From assembly GCA_905331015.1 (NCBI GenBank), contig CAJNXB010003524.1, positions 75,305 to 97,594 of the forward strand: a stretch of DNA of 22,290 nt. The letters run 5' to 3'. Made by a program: the position numbers and the translations under genes. The notes under the pieces are model-generated. The model worked only from the letters and a program-made list of their open reading frames with translations. It was not told the origin of the DNA and did not search any database. Source of the DNA: Rotaria socialis. Its lineage: Eukaryota. Below, in pieces: positions 21,502 through 22,290 of this stretch (within the stretch, counting starts at the first letter, position 1; each line of letters opens with the position of its first letter).

Positions 21502-21624
21502 ATGCATGGATTATCACAAATGGCATAAATAACACAATGAACCATCTAGTAGGCAGAGGTTTGCGTACTTACGTTTCTGAAGATGTTCCTTGTTTCGGTT
21601 TGTGCAACTGGCCAGCTGCAGCAG
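21502..21624 (+). CDS. TRPM-like N-terminal domain, exon C
   Basis: 55-nt intron 21447-21501 (GTATAT...CATTTAG); split codon restores (N)AWIITNGINNTMNHLVGRGLRTYVSEDVPCFGLCNWPAAA, matching the TRPM pattern GAWIITGG...KHVG.A+RD.; candidate donor GTACCT at 21625. Confidence 0.7.
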
Positions 21625-21667
21625 GTACCTTTAACACCAGCATTAATATAACGATATGGTGTCGATT

Positions 21668-21768
21668 GAGCGAAAATTATAATAGCGAAAGCTATTTTCA
21701 ACGAAAAAATAAGAGCGAAAATAAACAATAGCGAAAAGTAAAACTGCGAAAAGTAAAATAGCGAAAAC
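21668..21768. repeat. Degenerate TAGCGAAAA/GCGAAAAGTAAAA array, probable left terminus of a foldback-type repeat
   Basis: Repeated AGCGAAAA words, including ATAGCGAAAAGTAAAACTGCGAAAAGTAAAATAGCGAAAACT; partner in inverted orientation at 22245-22290. Confidence 0.6.
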
Positions 21769-22244
21769 TCGAAGTTTTTTATTAACAAAAAGACAGCGAC
21801 TGTAGAAATTAGAGAAATTTTTTCTTGATAAGATTCGATTGTTTGTTTGACGATGAATCATCATGCTCATGTGTCTGCATATATGACCGCACTTGTCAGT
21901 TTCACTCTTCTCAACGTGTTAATCTATTATATTCTTTTTTTTTCGATATGTATAATCGTCCGTAAGTGATGTTACATAGTTCATTCATTTAGTCCATTTC
22001 ACTAACCAGTGATGACTGACCCGACAATACTCTCTTTTACCACTTCAAATCGAGGGAAACGAATGCTTATTTATTCAGGATATGTTTATCGACTAAAATG
22101 TCCACAAAAAATGTTAAGTACTGGGTTTCTCAATCAAATACTTCATTTCTAAATCGGTAGCTTTTTTATATCATTTGATGCTCATGTATTACATTTCTTT
22201 TAAATTTAAAAAACACATTATTTTTCATGTTAAGTTAAACTGAA

Positions 22245-22290
22245 GATTTCTCTATTTTACACTTCTCTGTTTTACCCTTCCCAATTCGCT
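22245..22290. repeat. Inverted partner of the 21668-21768 array, cut by the window end
   Basis: GATTTCTCTATTTTACACTTCTCTGTTTTACCCTTCCCAATTCGCT aligns with the reverse complement TTTTCGCTATTTTACTTTTCGCAGTTTTACTTTTCGC. Confidence 0.5.

Noticed and set aside
1-22290. CRISPR array, phage, toxin-antitoxin, rRNA or tRNA genes
   Set aside because: No regular spacer-repeat array, bacterial operon layout or clear tRNA/rRNA core motif was seen; spliced exons and eukaryotic domains argue against a prokaryotic source.

Overview
Eukaryotic, AT-rich window. TE content, small introns and TGTGGG-like repeats fit a bdelloid rotifer; the species is inference. Best supported: (1) a single-exon 1051-aa secreted or surface protein at 4667-7822 with NIDO, IPT/TIG-like, AMOP, VWD and cadherin-like regions; (2) a decayed non-LTR retrotransposon RT fragment at about 2635-3744, with 3' tail to about 4451 and an in-frame stop at 2722-2724 that interrupts clear RT homology; (3) three exons of a TRPM-channel-like N-terminal domain at 20430-21624, absent as a gene from the ORF track; (4) a complete 421-bp hAT-like MITE (20729-21149) with 8-bp TSD CTTATAAC inside the first TRPM-like intron, carrying exactly 10-bp-phased TGATTTC repeats; (5) a 1.81-kb CCCAGGTCGA-ended foldback-like element (17639-19448) flanked by TGA, plus a compact, hairpin-rich, similarly ended element (1587-1854); (6) three telomere-like G-rich/C-rich clusters (about 1470, 7979 and 8481), each with an inverted arrangement; (7) probable inverted ends of another repeat at 21668-21768 and 22245-22290. 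About 8.9 kb (8560-17440) shows no convincing coding content. All TE families and domains need database confirmation.
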